Source: Camelus dromedarius
Lineage: Eukaryota
Direction of reading: 5' to 3'
NCBI RefSeq assembly: GCF_036321535.1
Contig: NC_087447.1
Location: 40,984,001-41,048,000, forward strand
DNA: 64,000 bases
Shown: one piece after another, positions 48,135-61,430 of the stretch
How the letters are laid out: each line of letters opens with the position of its first letter
How positions within the stretch are numbered: position 1 is the first letter of the stretch
Notes under the pieces: generated by a model
What the model saw: the letters and a program-made list of their open reading frames with translations, nothing else
Database searches by the model: none
Told to the model about the DNA's origin: nothing
Translations under genes and position numbers: made by a program

Positions 48135-48290
48135 CTTCACCTCTCCTGCTTACTGGCTATGGATTTGGGAAGTCACTTACATGCTCTAGGCCTCAATCTC
48201 TTTATTCATAAACTGGATCTCAGCACTGCTTCTCAAGGTGTCTGTAAAGAGCAAATGAATTGTCCCCTGTGAAAACACGTTGTAAACTGT
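48135..48290 (+). mobile_element. MIR SINE fragment
   Basis: cttactggctatggatttgggaagtcacttac...gcctcaatctctttattcataaa. Confidence 0.6.
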
Positions 48291-48947
48291 TTGGTATTAG
48301 CCAACCCTCAATCTGTTCCCATTAATTCATAAATTTGAGGGCAGGACTTGGAAGCCAGTCAGATAAGGGCAGATTACTGAACATGTCTTATGTCAGTTTC
48401 CACACCTGTAAAATGGGCATAAGGGCAGTACTTACTCCAGTGACGTTAAAAGGCATATGCAAGATTATGCATGAAAATCAATGGTAAAAATTTTGTGCGT
48501 CCTTAAATGAATTCATGTGTAATACAACCACCGATTATAGGGCCCGGCACATGTATATTAGCTACTTTTATTAATACTTTTCAACTAGATACAGTTACAA
48601 ACCACCAAAAAAGGATCATGCTTGTGATTAGTTCTGTTTCTAGCACATGGTTTGCGCTCAATGAATACAACCCACAAAGGTATCCTTACTGTATTGTTAC
48701 TGTATCAGGAACAGAACTGATACAGACAGCCCACCTTTAGTAGGTCCAAACTTTCCCTCTTTGACTAAACCCAGTGTGACTCCTGAAATAACAGGTAAGT
48801 ACAACATTCAGGTAGCTTCCTGTTGGTTCAGAACAGAAGCGCCAAGTCCCTAAAGATAAGACTGGTAACCTGCGAAACTGGATGACAGAAACACCAATGC
48901 CCAGGTCCTCATCACCCTTGTGTGCTTGACATAAGGTGTCTCTTGGA

Positions 48948-49100
48948 AACTTGCTACTCAAAGTGTGGCCTGAGGACAATCAGCATCAGGTGTCCCAAGG
49001 GAGCCAGTGAGAAATGCAGTCCCACACCAGAATTGCTGAGCCTGAATCTGCATGGTCACCAGCTCCTGGGTGAGTCCCAGTCATGGCAGAGCGAGCAGCA
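48948..49100. mobile_element. MER5-type hAT MITE
   Basis: gctactcaaagtgtggcc...cagcatca...gaaatgcag...tgaatctgcat. Confidence 0.7.
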
Positions 49101-49189
49101 TGGCCCTAGGACTCAGTGGGACTCTGCCTTTTTCAGCCTTGCCTGGTCTAGTTTATAGGACTTTAATTCCCCACCGTCCCAAAGCTGGC

Positions 49190-49350
49190 CGAGCTGATTT
49201 CGTGGCTATGCACAGATGACAGTCACCAGGGCCCTGTGCTCAGATAGGCCCAGTGCTTGTTTTAAAGCTCTACCATTGCTGTCTTGAAATTCTTAATGAT
49301 TTGAACAAGGGGCCCCAAGGGGCACTGAGTCCCATAAATTAGGTTGTGGT
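49190..49350 (+). mobile_element. MER91A-like hAT-Tip100 MITE
   Basis: cagggccctgtgctcagataggccc...gtcttgaaattcttaatgatttgaacaaggggcccc. Confidence 0.75.
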
Positions 49351-49614
49351 GATGACCGGTAACCTGGGACCCTCTGGGACTGGAGCTTAGAATCTCCCTG
49401 GCTTTTGCTACCTTCCTTCCCCATGCCAGACCCCACTTCCTGTGCCCCATGCCCCAAGTGCCAATCCTGCCAAAAAACACAGTCCTGACCCTGATGCAGC
49501 CCCAGCTGAGAGGAGAATTGAGGAGCCATTTAGTAACACTCGCCTGCCTGACCCGAGGGATTTGTCCTTGTGAAAGCAAGGATTGCTAGAACCATGCCTG
49601 AATCACCACACTTT

Positions 49615-49860
49615 AGTTATCACTTAGAGTTGCCACTTCTTTAGCATATAAATGTGTTAGATGCTTTGCTATATTTTAGTGCCTCATCTCATTAAATTTT
49701 TCCAGTAGCCAGTGAAGTATGTATTATTTTTCCCTGTTTAACAGAGAAGGAAACTAAAAAATATTTAGTAACATGCCGAAAACCAAATACTAGGTCAGAA
49801 GTAAAACAAGGATATATAAACATTAGTTTGTCTGAATCCACAGCCCTCAGACTACACTGC
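49615..49860 (-). mobile_element. MIR SINE
   Basis: catctcattaaattt...ccctgtttaacagagaaggaaacta...gtttgtctgaatccacagccc. Confidence 0.65.
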
Positions 49861-50050
49861 CTCATTGTACCCAGTGGTCCTCCTCTATGTCAGAACTCAG
49901 TTCCCTCCCACCAGCCTGCCTGCTCAGGGGCTGAGATCCCTGCACACTGTGCACCCACACCTTGGAGATCCTTCCCACCATTTCTGCAAAGCTCCTGTTC
50001 TCCCAGTGTTGACAAAGAAGACATTTTACAGCAGACACATAAAGGATCTG

Positions 50051-50562
50051 TGTATTAGTCTCTTGTGGCTGCTGTAACAAATCAGCCACAAACTTGGTGT
50101 CTTAAAATAAGACAAATTTATTCTCTCAACAGTTTTGAAGTTCGCAAGTCCAAAGTCAGTATTACAGCCCTGGAACTAAGGCACTGGCAGGGTCATCCTC
50201 TCCCTCAGGGGTTCTAGGAGAAAATTTGTTTCCTGACTGTCCAGTTTCTGGTGGCTGCCTTCGTTCTTTGGCTTGTCGCTACATCACTCCGATCTTTAAG
50301 GTCAGCATCTTCAAGTTTCTGTCTGATCCATCTTAACATTACCTTCTCTGCTGTGTGTCAAAGCTCCCTCTGCTTCCCTCCTACAATGATACGTGTAATT
50401 GCACTCAGGGCCCCCCTGGATAATCTAGGATAACTTTCCCATCTCAAGATCCTTGAATTATTCACATCTGCCAAGACCCTTTTTGCCATGTACGATAACA
50501 TTCGCAGGTTCCAGGGATGAGGATGTGGGTATTTGGGGGGAGGTCATTTTTCAGCTTACCAA
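50051..50562 (-). mobile_element. MLT1C-like solo LTR
   Basis: tgtattagtctcttgtggctgctgtaacaaat...ccatctcaagatcctt...caggttccagggatgaggatgtgg. Confidence 0.88.
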
Positions 50563-51732
50563 TGTCTGCAGACAGACCAACAGTTGCAGGAGTTAGATGG
50601 AAAAATAAAGCTTTCCTGCCCTGTCCTCAAGAGGCTGCTTCTGAACAGCACAGTCCCCCCAAGAGAACCAGCTCCCCGGACTCGGGCCATTACTCAGAGG
50701 ATAGAGATTCAAGGAGCAGGTGGCAGGGAACCTGTGGTTAAGGCCCCAAAGCCGAAGAGCCTGAGGATGGGTCTTCTAAGGACAGCAGAACTGAAAGTTA
50801 AGCTGTGCTCGGGAGAGGCACTGCATTCCCTTTGCACGGGCTTTTTACAGCTTTGCAGATAAAGTATGTGTGACAGCCACTGAATCTGTGAAGAATTCTG
50901 CTCTGGGAGCCTCATGTTTTCAAACACTGGCTAATAAACCTTCTTCCTATTCCCTTCTGTTGCTGTTACGCTTTTTTCCCCTCTTATTTCCCAGTCAGAA
51001 ACTGTTCCTCTCTCCCCCTCCCTCCTTATGCTCACATCCCTCTTCCTCCTTCCATATCGGGGTAACCAATCCCAACCTGGGAAACTGTGAGGGGCAACAT
51101 CCAGTCACACTCCATGGGGGGAAAGTACAATAACTGTTTCCCGAAAGACGAGGAGAAGGGAATGACCTGAAAACAAACGCCTTCGAATAAAGTGAAAACC
51201 ATCAGGAAAGTCCTCTGCTCAGAGCCAGCCCACGCAGGACGGGGCTCCTGCGCCTGCCCAGCTGCGTCCGAGCGCTGCACTGGCAGCAGACTGCTGACAG
51301 TTATGAACCACGAAAGGAGGAGCTGGGAAGAATCGAGGCAAATTGTGGATGAACCATGCTGCTGTACGTGTGTGCGCACATCCAGAAATGATGCCAGCAC
51401 GACTGTGCAGGAGAGAGGTAAGGACTTAACCACCAGCACCTCCACGTGGAGCACTGATGCAGCCCCCAACCAGGAGGCTGAGGCGAGGTCTCCTGTGACT
51501 CACACTGTCCCGGGCTGTTGCTCCAGGCTTGCCCATTTCCTGCACACTCCTTTCTGGGCCGGGGGAGCAGGTCTCCCACATCCTGGCACCACAGTAGACA
51601 CACTTAACTGCTCACATTTCTTTCTTCAAAGAACAGACTGTTGGCTGTGCGTTTATTGTTCCAGCTCATCCTGACCCTATTTGCTACTGCACTGATCTAT
51701 GCATGGCTTCAGCTTTCCTCTAATTAGAGTGT

Positions 51733-52295
51733 GTGTCTGTCAGATAGAGTTGGACCAGTGAAGCAGAACCAGTAGGAAAGAAACAGATACAAATACAAAT
51801 ACAGACACAGCTATATAGATATAGCTACAGATAGAAATAGACACATAGATGTATTAAGGGATTTATTACAGGGAATTGACCTACGCATTGTGAGAGCTGA
51901 TTAAGTGGTCCCTGTGCAGCTGTCTCTGCATCTGATACTGGAGCTTGAAGTCCGTGAGGCAGACACGTAGGAAGGAACGATCACAAGCGGTCTGGAACCC
52001 CACAGGCACAATCTAGGACAGCCTAGAACCTGTCTCCATCCTTGTTGCCTCTGACCTTAGTGGAGAAGAAATCCTGCAGAGGCAGAGCCCCTCGTCACTG
52101 AGTGAAACCCACACACTTGGCCCAGCTGCTGCTTCACACCAGGAGTGGAGTCAGCACATTACAACAAAGCTATAGGATGGCCGCTGCCTCCCCTTCACCT
52201 CCAAAAGCTCTGGAGAATCTCCCTTGCGATCCATTCTAACTGGAAACACACAAGAAAAGGAAGTGCATGTCGACAAGCCAAGGAATTATACCACG
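51733..52295 (-). mobile_element. MLT2 (ERVL) LTR
   Basis: gaagcagaaccagtagga, degenerate (AGAT) repeat, gggatttattacagggaattgacctacgcattgtg. Confidence 0.7.
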
Positions 52296-53369
52296 TTACA
52301 AAGCCATCTGTGTGGGAGGTCAGGCTCCCAGGGGACAGATCCTGAGAGGGAGGTAGATGTGCAGGAGGTTGACTGGGCATGTTCTGGAGTGAAGGGAGCA
52401 GGATGGGGCTGTGGGGGAAGCCGAACAGAGAGACAGTCACAACAGGACCCCATTCTGCAGGGAGCTCTGGAGCCGGCATGGCATTCAGGGCCACCACGGA
52501 CTCAGGCAAAGCTGCCCAGGAAGAGCCCCTGGCCCTGAGCATGGCAGTGAGGAGGTGAAGGGCAGCTTCCAGAGTGGACTCAGCCATGAACTGTCAGCAG
52601 CCTCCACTCCTGGCGGCTGGAGGATGGAGCGCCTCAGTCCCGAAGAGGGCATCTGGCCGGGCACCACTGTATCCAGGTATCCTGCTTCACTAAATGCCTC
52701 GCCTGTGAGGAGTGTATCAAACGTCTGCCAGCGGAGGGCTTTTTAGGTGGGACAACAAAACTTTGTCTATTGGGAAGAGGTGGCTGATTCTCCCCATTAC
52801 TAGGGCCATTTGTTTCGTGGCTGCTTCCTTGTCAACCCTTCCAAATCTCCCAGCTCCAAGGGCTAGGCTGGAGGTGGAACTTCTAACAGCTTCCCTGGGG
52901 TTTTCTGTTGAACTGCTTCACAACTACCACACCATGTGGTCAGACTGATGACACGTACTCAGGAGAGCCTGGGAGAACCTGGGTTGTGGGGAATGAGGAA
53001 TTCCAGGAAGAGTATGAGTTTCCTGCAGTGAGCTTGGAAAACCCGGGCGGGGGCTTTGCCTCCAGAAGGGCTGACTGCCGAGCAGCTCACTCCCTTCACT
53101 CTGCTTGGGGCGGTGGAGGGGGGGTGCTCTGGCCCCATCTCTGAGTCATTTTCCTGGTGACAGCGCAGGGTCTGTAAGTGGCAGAAAAGACAAGGCTGCC
53201 TTTTTGCCATTTCCCAGAGGCGTCATACCACCCCCTTACTCACAGCTATTCTTAAACATCGCAAAGTAAAACTGTCCCTAGTACTGGAGAGTCACACATA
53301 TGTAGAAGTGTGGACAAATGCAGAAAATAAGTACATTCTTCCAGCAACTGCCCGCGACTGCCTGCTCAG

Positions 53370-53790
53370 TGCGCAGCCTCACTCCATCTAGTCCCACAGC
53401 CGGGATCTGAGGCATCTCCTTGAGACCTCCCTCTCCTTCAGCCCCCATATCACCAAAGACCCTCCCTCCCACTTCCCTCTTTCTTCACTGCCCCCTCCTT
53501 CAACTGCCATCATCCCTCCCCTGGGGCCCTGCAGTGGCCTCTAAATTTGTCTCCTCACATCTACTCCTGCCCCCTTCCAATCTGTTCTCCACTCTGCAAA
53601 CAGAATCATCTTTTAAAATTACAATTCTGATCATGTGTTTCCCGTCCTGAAATTCCTTCAGTGTCTTCTAACCTATTGCGCCCCAGATAAAGAATACAAT
53701 TCTTAGTGTGGCCTGCCAGGTCTGACAAGCTCCTGCAAACCCTCACCAGGCTTCAGGCTTCAGGCTTCAGCTGGCACCTGGCTGTCCTCA
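53370..53790 (+). mobile_element. L2 LINE fragment
   Basis: catctccttgagacctccctctcctt...ccaatctgttctccactctgca...ctttttaaaattacaattctgatcatgt-like block. Confidence 0.7.
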
Positions 53791-53884
53791 CTCGCTGTGC
53801 TCCCCCGGGCTGGTCTCCTCTCTGTGCCTTCTCTCTGGGCCTCCCTGCGGTTGTCTTCCCACCTTTGCTACTTCACATCTGCTG

Positions 53885-54135
53885 TGGGTAGTGGTTACAC
53901 GTGCAGCACCTGCAGTCAGACAGGCAGGCTTCAAATCCCCAGTTCCAGCGCTTTAAAACAAAAAGCAAAACTATGTGGCTTTGGGCAGTTTACAAAAGCT
54001 CTTTGCACCTCAGTCTCCTCATCTGTAAAATGGAAACAATGATAGTTCCTGTAGCTGCAGGGGCAATGAGTTGATGCATATCCAGCACTTAGTGCCAGGC
54101 ACGCTGTGAGTGCTCAGAAATGTTAGGTGTCATCA
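53885..54135 (+). mobile_element. MIR SINE
   Basis: gcacctcagtctcctcatctgtaaaatgga...gtgagtgctcagaaatgttag. Confidence 0.8.
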
Positions 54136-56224
54136 TTGCCCATCCTTAGCCAGAAGCCCAGCACCTTCCTCAGGGAGGTCGTCCCCATCCCCAGCAGGCC
54201 CTCCCTGGCCCCACCAGGTGGGCTGTCCTGTGCCCTCCCTGCTCCTGATTCCTGCCTTCCACACACAGCACGGAGTGGATCTGTCTGCCTCCTGTTCTAG
54301 GCCATGAGCCCACTTGGGGCAGAAACACTTCTGTTTGTTCTCCATTCTATCCCCAGAGCCTGGCACAGTTTCTCCAAATAAATGCTCCCTTTTCTGGCGC
54401 AGCCGGGAGGTGTGGATGTGGGATGTGGTACGGGCTTTCTACCACCATATATGGAGTTGGAGAGTTGGGAGGCAAGAGGCGTGTCCTGGGGAGGCCTTTT
54501 GTGCTGACATTGAGTGAACGGTCTGCCCAGTCCAAGCGAGCGAGCGAGCACTCCCTACCCCGAGAAGAGGCACTCAATCAGCCCCAGGGTAGCTCCATGT
54601 GGTGCCTCTCCGCTGGCCAGGGGACATCAGAATGCAGCCAAAGCTTTGCTCCCCTGTTCGAGGCAGCCCTTCCCACCCACATTGACTACCCAGCCTCAGT
54701 AAGACACACCCAGTGGGTGCAGCCTGGCTAACCAGGCATGTCGTTTTGATTTCCATTTCTCCATTACAGAGCATGTCCACCCAGGACAAACACTTCTCTG
54801 TGTCTGACCCAGAGAAGGGCAGGAGTGATGGAGGAAAAATATCCCAGGTTAGGAGGCCTGGATTCAAGTGCCAGCACTACGATTACTTCTCTGTGTGATC
54901 TCGCCCGTCACTTCGATTTCCTGATTTGTTCTACTGGTTTGTAAAACAAAGCACTGAGATGGGTGACTTAGCTCCAGCAAGCATACACTAGGCCCCTTCC
55001 CTCTCAGAGAACCCGCACCACACTGAACTCAGTTCTGGGTGGCATGGGGTCCTACTCAGGACACACACACGATTGGACTAAGGGTGGACACCCAACCCAG
55101 GCTGAGTCTTAGGCCACAAGGACAGAGTTAGCTGTATGGGGTTGGGCACCACAGCGGCTGTGCCGACTCCAGGCAGAGCCACAGAGTCATTGAATCTGGC
55201 AAGTGTCTCTGCAAACCTTGGGAAAGAAACTAGTTTTACAGAGAGGAGGATGGTGCAGAGAGGCACATGGCCCCAGACAGTAGCAGAGAAGCAGAAAGAG
55301 GAGTAGCCTGATGACTTTCAGTCCTGGTGAAGCCCAGTTATGATTCTTCCAAAGGATGCCTGGAAATTCCCCTGCATCCAGGTAACCAAACGATGGCTGA
55401 CAAAGATGTCTTCTCATATTGGATGTCAATCAGATGAAACCTCAACCAATAAAGAGTACCTTGCTCATGACAGCTTTATACTTTTCAAAGAACTCTGACT
55501 CCACTTAGCCCATCTGAAAGTGGCTGCGAGATACTTGGAGGTGGCTGACCTGGGACTCTGGCTCTGGACACGGGTGCCAAAGATTCCCTGGTCTGTGAGC
55601 AGCACAGGTGAGGTGAGCCCAGGTAAGACATCCCCAGAGCGTCTCCGTAAAAATCAAAGAGCTGGAGAGGATGATGAGGAAGTGTTCCAAGAATTCTATT
55701 TTTTTTGTAAGTTGTCAAGCAATTTTTATGTTCAATTAACAGTTGGAATACATAGCTCCTGAATTCAAAGTTCTCTTGAAATCCAACCCCTTGAAAACCC
55801 TTGATTCTCCAGCTTTATTCCACACATTTTCAATGCTTCATTATGGACACTTTCAAAAATATATCAAAGTTTAAATTTTTCCAGTGAACACCCACATATC
55901 CACTATCTAGTTTATACTATTGACATTTTATTATATTGCTTATCACAAACTTATTCCTTTATCCAAGAATTCTTCAAAGACCTTTTTGTTCTGTTAAGTA
56001 CTGCTTCCAGGGAAAAATGAAAGATATGGCTTTTTAAAGATGCCATTCCTATGAGCAAAAAGTGTATTTTGAACAGACATTGGCACTACAATAATACATC
56101 GTTTTGAGCCTTAGTTATCTCTGTAGCCCTGCTGTCAGGAACAGATGTGGCACAGAGCAGGCTCTTTACAGAATTAACTGAGTGCTTGCTCTGAGTCCAG
56201 GGCTGGTTTAACTTTAGACTCTCT

Positions 56225-56345
56225 CAACATCCCGTTTTACAGATGAGAAACCAAGGCTTCAGAATCCCAGGTCTCACAGTTTTGTTGTGATGGACTTGAG
56301 ATTTGAATCCAGGGCACCTGGCTCCAAACCCTTGGCTTAACCTCT
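56225..56345 (-). mobile_element. MIR SINE fragment
   Basis: cccgttttacagatgagaaaccaaggct...gagatttgaatccagg...ggctccaaa. Confidence 0.75.
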
Positions 56346-57309
56346 GGGCTATATTTGATGCCCCTTAGACTTCTGTTTGGACAGGACTAGTGAGGGGTGG
56401 GCAAGCTGGCGTAACTTCCCAACATCAATACCAACTGTATTAAGAGTGTCAGCTTGTCCGCTCTTGCTGAGGGGCTTACAAACTCTTTTCAGCCAGGCCT
56501 GAACCTGTATTTTGGCTGCCCTGTCTATGAATAGAGTCTCTGAAAGAACAAGGCTCAGAGAGTCAGGGAAAGCTGGGTATGCACCTGGGACAGGTCTCAT
56601 CCCTTCTGTGGGCTTTCATTTTCTGACCATAAAACACGGGTAGACAAGATCGCCTTTTGGGTCCCCTCTCACTTTCTCTATTTCCAAATGATTCTCATGG
56701 GTCATCTGGATTCTACCCACAGAGGAGAAGCTCATTTAAGCTTCAGGTTAAATAACTGAGCAGCTGGCACACGGTCAGTCCTCAGTAATTGTCCCAGAGT
56801 AATTTAAGGCATGCCTCAGGCATCTGGACTTTCTCATCATATCTGTGTCCTTCCCCGTGATTTTCTAACGCCTGATAAGACATGTGGGCTGTGGTAAAGC
56901 CTGTGGTTTATGAAATAGATTTCAGAGTTCAAATCCCAACCAGGGGGCATAAAACCCCTGAGAGGAGGAGGCCAGAATGTCATTGAAGCTGACAAAGAGA
57001 TAGCATGAAATTAAAGGAAATGAGACCAAGCTCACTCATGAATACAGACGTGGAAATTCTAGACAAAACGTCAGCAAATTGAATTCAACAGTCTATTAAA
57101 AGAATAATTTACCACAACCAAGCAGGGTTTACCCAAAGAATGCCATGCAAAGCTGTTTTAATATGAATAAATCTGCTTACAGAATACATGAATGGGTCAA
57201 AAAAGAGAAACCAGATGATTATCTCAGTAGGGACAGGAAAATCATTAATGAAAATTCAACATTGATTCCTAAAGGGGACATTCAATAAAATACTAGGAAG
57301 AGACGGTAC

Positions 57310-57873
57310 AAGTGGACATTGATGGGGTTTTTCAGTGGGAGAGCACTCCACACCTGACCCTCCCCCACCCAGGTGTGAGGAATCCCCCACTTTCTGAGTT
57401 GTGGTGGGAGGCAGAGGTACTTTCCATACAGAAATGGAGAAAACAGTTGCTTGCAGCAAAAGCAAGGCACTTGGCCTAAACTCACCGTGGAGCCAAGATG
57501 ACAGGCAGCAGAGAAATTTTTCTTTTAATTTCAGCGTTATTGAGTGCAGAAAAATGTTTATGGTGGTTCCATTAATTGTAGCAACATCAGTTTGCAGGGA
57601 CATCAGCAACAGAAGCACAAATGGCTACATCCGGGCTCCAGGGCCAGCAGTGCCAACATTTCAAGCCACGGATCCCACATTCCAAGACAGCGGTACATCC
57701 CTCTCTGTTCTGTGTGGTAATCTGGGCTGCGGTGCAAGCTGCCTGGGCTCTTCTCATCCCTGCCTTTCTGGTGATTCTCTGAGCTATTCAGTATCCCGTC
57801 AATAAATTCCTTCTCTGCTTAAATCATCCAGGATCTGTTTCTGTTATTGGCAGCTAATAAGCCTTAACCATAC
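57310..57873 (+). mobile_element. ERVL LTR (LTR33/LTR41-like)
   Basis: 3' end caataaattccttctctgcttaaat...tctgtttctgttattggcagcta...ccttaaccatac. Confidence 0.6.
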
Positions 57874-58039
57874 TGAAGGCTATTTCCTTAACATAATAAA
57901 AATACGTCCCTCTCTTTTTTTCCCTAAAACTGTGGCCAAAATAACACATAAATAATGCCATTGATATTAAAACAAAAGCAAAACAAGGATTACAGCTAAT
58001 TCCACCATCATTTTTTTGGCCTATGTATCTTTGTCTTTT

Positions 58040-59385
58040 TTAAAAAGGTTAGTTGAAGTACAATTTGCATACATGAAAATTTACCCCTTTAAAGGTTCTA
58101 GCAAATATATACTATCATTTAAGCACCACAGTATCCAGTACATAAACTATTTTCATCACCACAAAGTTCCCTCAAACTCCCTTAGTCAGCTCCCTTCCTG
58201 ACCCCAGCCCTGCCAACCATTGATCTGATTTCTGTCCCTATACTTTGGCCTCCTCCAGTGTCAGATAATGAAACCATACAGTGGCCTTTGGTGTCTGCTT
58301 CTTTCCCTTAGCATACTGCTTTTGAGATTCCTCCAAGTTGCTGCGTGAGTGCATTCTGTCGTATAAATGTACCATATGTGTTTATCCCTTCAGTGATAGA
58401 TGGACATTGGGTTGTTTTAAGTTTCAGATTGTTATGAATAAAGCTCCCATAAACATTTGTGTAAAGGGTTTTGTATAAACATCTGTGTTTGTTTTTTACT
58501 GGGTAAATATCTAAAAGTAGAAATGCTAGGTCACAGTAAGTAAATATTTGACTTTATAAGAAACTGCCAAACTGTTTTCCAAAGTGCTATACCATTTTGC
58601 ATTTCCACCAGCACTCTGTTGCTCTGCCTTCTCACCAGCACTTGGTATTATCAGTCTGTTGACTGTAGTTCTTCAAGAAACGCACAGCAGTATCTTGGCT
58701 TGGTTTTAATTTTTATTTGTCTCATAACAGATGATGTTGAGCATCATTCCATGTGTCTATTTGCTACTAATATATCTTTTTTGGTGAAGTATCTGTTCAG
58801 ATTACTCACCTATTTTTTTATACGGTTGTTTGTCTTATTATTGAGCTGTGAGGAGTCTTTATACATTCTGAATACAAGTTTGTTTTTTTTACTTTACTTT
58901 TTTGGGGGGGAGGTAACTAGGTTTATTTATTTATTTATTTATTTTATAATGGAGGTACTGGGGATTGAACCCAGGACCTCCTGCACGCTAAGCACGCACT
59001 GTACCACTGAGCTATACCCTCCCCCGAATATAAGTTCTTTATCAAATTTGTGTTTTGCAAATGTTTTCTCTCAGTTTGGCTTGTCTTTTCATTTTCTTAA
59101 GAGTGTCTTTCAAAAAGCAAAAGGTTTTATTCTGATGAAGCCAAATTTATCATTTTTTTCTTTTATGATTCTTGCTTTTTGTGTCTTATGTAAGAAATCA
59201 TTGCCTAGCTCAAGGACACAAAGGGGTTTTTTTTCTCCTATACTTTCTTCTAAAAGTTTTACAGTTTTAGCTCTTATTTTTGAGTATATGATTCATTTTG
59301 AGTTAATTTTTATAGACAGAGTGAGAAAAGGGTCAATGTCCATTTTTTGCATATAAATGTAAAATTTTTCCAGAATACTATTATG
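58040..59385 (-). mobile_element. L1M (L1MB-like) 3' fragment
   Basis: aaagttccctc...caaccattgatctgatttctgtccctata...aagaaactgccaaactgttttccaaagtg...cattttgagttaattttt. Confidence 0.85.
58881..59025 (-). mobile_element. tRNA-Ala-derived camelid SINE (vic-1-like)
   Basis: Antisense of GGGGGAGGGTATAGCTCAGTGGTACAGTGCGTGCTTAGCGTGCAGGAGGTCCTGGGTTCAATCCCCAGTACCTCCA; TSD gaatacaagtt (58870-58880) / gaatataagtt (59026-59036). Confidence 0.93.
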
Positions 59386-60479
59386 GTGTAACATTGTTCT
59401 AGAAGTTCTGGTTGGCATAATGAGATACAAAACATAAGTAAGAAGTATAATTATTTGGAAGGAAGAGAAAACCACCATTATTTACAGTCAGTGTGAATTT
59501 CATACCCACAAAACTCATACCCATTGAAAGCACGTAGAATTGATAAGAAGAATTCGATAAAATGATTCACTACAAAATAAACATACAAAAATCAATAACT
59601 TTTCTATATAATAATAGTAATCATTTAAATGATAGAAAAATTAAGAATTTGGTACAGAATAGCAACAAGACATACCTGCCTGCAAATAATCCTGCCAAAT
59701 AAGGGCAGGGCCTATATAATGAAAATCAGAAAGCTTTCTTGAGGATGTAAAAGGTAACTAAATATAGATATGTCAATCTCTTAGATGGAAAAACTCAACA
59801 GTGTAAAGATATTCATTTTCCCAAATGAATTTTTAATACTGAGGGTTTTTTTGGAACATGGCAAAATGATTCTAAAATTCATCTGGAAGAGTGAGCAGGA
59901 AATAGCTGGGGAAAAAAATGTATTGAAGAACAGTGAGGAGAATCTGCCCTACCAGATGTGAGGATACTTTAACATCAAAAGTCAAATGTGGTGATGAGGG
60001 TCCCAAATCAAATAAATAGATGGGTCAGTATGCTAGAATAGAATAAATTAGCCTGAAACCGAGCCTGCTGTATATCAAAACTTCATATATGATAACTGAA
60101 GCATTACTAATCAGTTGGCATCAGGATATGTTGCAGAGTAACAAGCATAGAAGAAAGGAGACCAGTTAAGAGGCTACTGGAATAGTCCAAGAGAAATATG
60201 ATGGTGGAGAAGCTCACTGGGTCCCTAAGCCAGAGGGGCTTCATGGTCATCAGGCAAGTAGGAACACCCTCTGGGGAGCAGGGCATTGCAGGCTGGTGGG
60301 CAGATGTGTAGAGGGAGTCGGTACATCCAGTGCCCTCTACTGACAAAGCTTAACATCATGCCAGCTGGCAAAGGAGAAAAATGTAGAGTCCTTATCCATT
60401 CCAACTGTTCAGGCAGCAAACAGTGAATTTGGAGCCGACAGGTAATATATTAATAACCAACACAGGATGTCAGGGCCAA

Positions 60480-60668
60480 ACCACACTTTTCTCACATAGT
60501 TAGGGTCTCAGCTCTGGAACATTTGCCAACATCCTAATGGCCAAAGAAAGTCACTTGACCAAATCCAATATCAATTTGGAGACATGAGGGTAAGGCCGGG
60601 TAAGTACACTCTATCGGGAGAGGGGGAAAGGAATGAATATTTGCCAAATGATAATCTAAATGATCACA
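60480..60668 (-). mobile_element. Old MLT1 LTR fragment
   Basis: ccaacatcctaatggccaaagaaagtcacttgaccaa...gaatgaatatttgccaaatgataatcta. Confidence 0.55.
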
Positions 60669-60669
60669 G

Positions 60670-61430
60670 GTGATACTAGTAGGATGTCCTGATAGATTGA
60701 AAGGGAAAATTTTTTTAACGTAATGACTTTTAGAGATTGGATATATGAGCATGTGCGTAGCCGATTTTGCTACTTAGTAATATACAAAGACTAGAAGATG
60801 AACAGGTTTGCTGGCTAAAATCAAGAGTTTTGCTTTGGTATTGTTAAATATTGACAGCTAGGAGTAGATGTCAAGTAGGCAGTGTGGTATGTGTCCAGGG
60901 CTCAAGAGAAGGGCCACATTTAGAGATATGAGCACGATAATCATCAGCTTATAGAAAATGATTTATGCTGTGGATCTGCCTGAGGCCACCTGGGGAAAGA
61001 GTGTAGCTGGTGCAGAGGAAATGTCCAAGGATAGAGCCCTGGGCACGTCAACGTTTACATAACCAGGAGGAAGGAGGAGTCAGTGGGGGAACGCAAAGGA
61101 GTCTCTGGTATTGTGGAACAAAACCAGGAGGGTGTGGTGTCCCAGGAGCAAAGAATAACAAGGTGTTTGAAGAAGGAAGGAGTGCCATTTTACTGAGTGA
61201 AATGTTACTGGGAATTTGAATAAGATGAGAAAAGAGATGGAAGCTGTTGGTGACCCTGGCAAGAACTATTTAAGGGACCAACTCCATGAAGAAGCACTGT
61301 GCTAGGTGCTGGAGATACAAAGATATAAAAGATAAATTTCTGGCTCTTTAGGAAATCACAGCCTGGTGGAGAAGGCAGACATGCAAATAAATCACTGCCA
61401 TACAGAGTGATAAATCTTATAACAGAATAA
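60670..61430 (-). mobile_element. L2 LINE fragments
   Basis: aaatcaagagttttgctttgg...agatgtcaagtaggcag...ccaaggatagagccctgggcac...cactgtgctaggtgctggagataca. Confidence 0.7.

Larger units (their letters stand above)
57015..60105 (+). mobile_element. Ancient L1M ORF2 remnant in three pieces (about 57015-57300, 57875-58015, 59386-60105) split by later insertions
   Basis: tcactcatgaatacagacgtggaaattct...aaaattcaaca; tttccttaacataataaaa; aacattgttctagaagttct...ttctaaaattcatctggaag...gccctaccagat, collinear with L1 ORF2 order. Confidence 0.75.

Noticed and set aside
47895..55630. Isolated consensus donor sites (about 47898, 48794, 55622)
   Set aside because: No convincing paired acceptor or open coding frame; expected by chance at this length
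58619..59356. Longest ORF (245 aa, hydrophobic) as a membrane protein
   Set aside because: Antisense L1 plus SINE read-through in T-rich sequence
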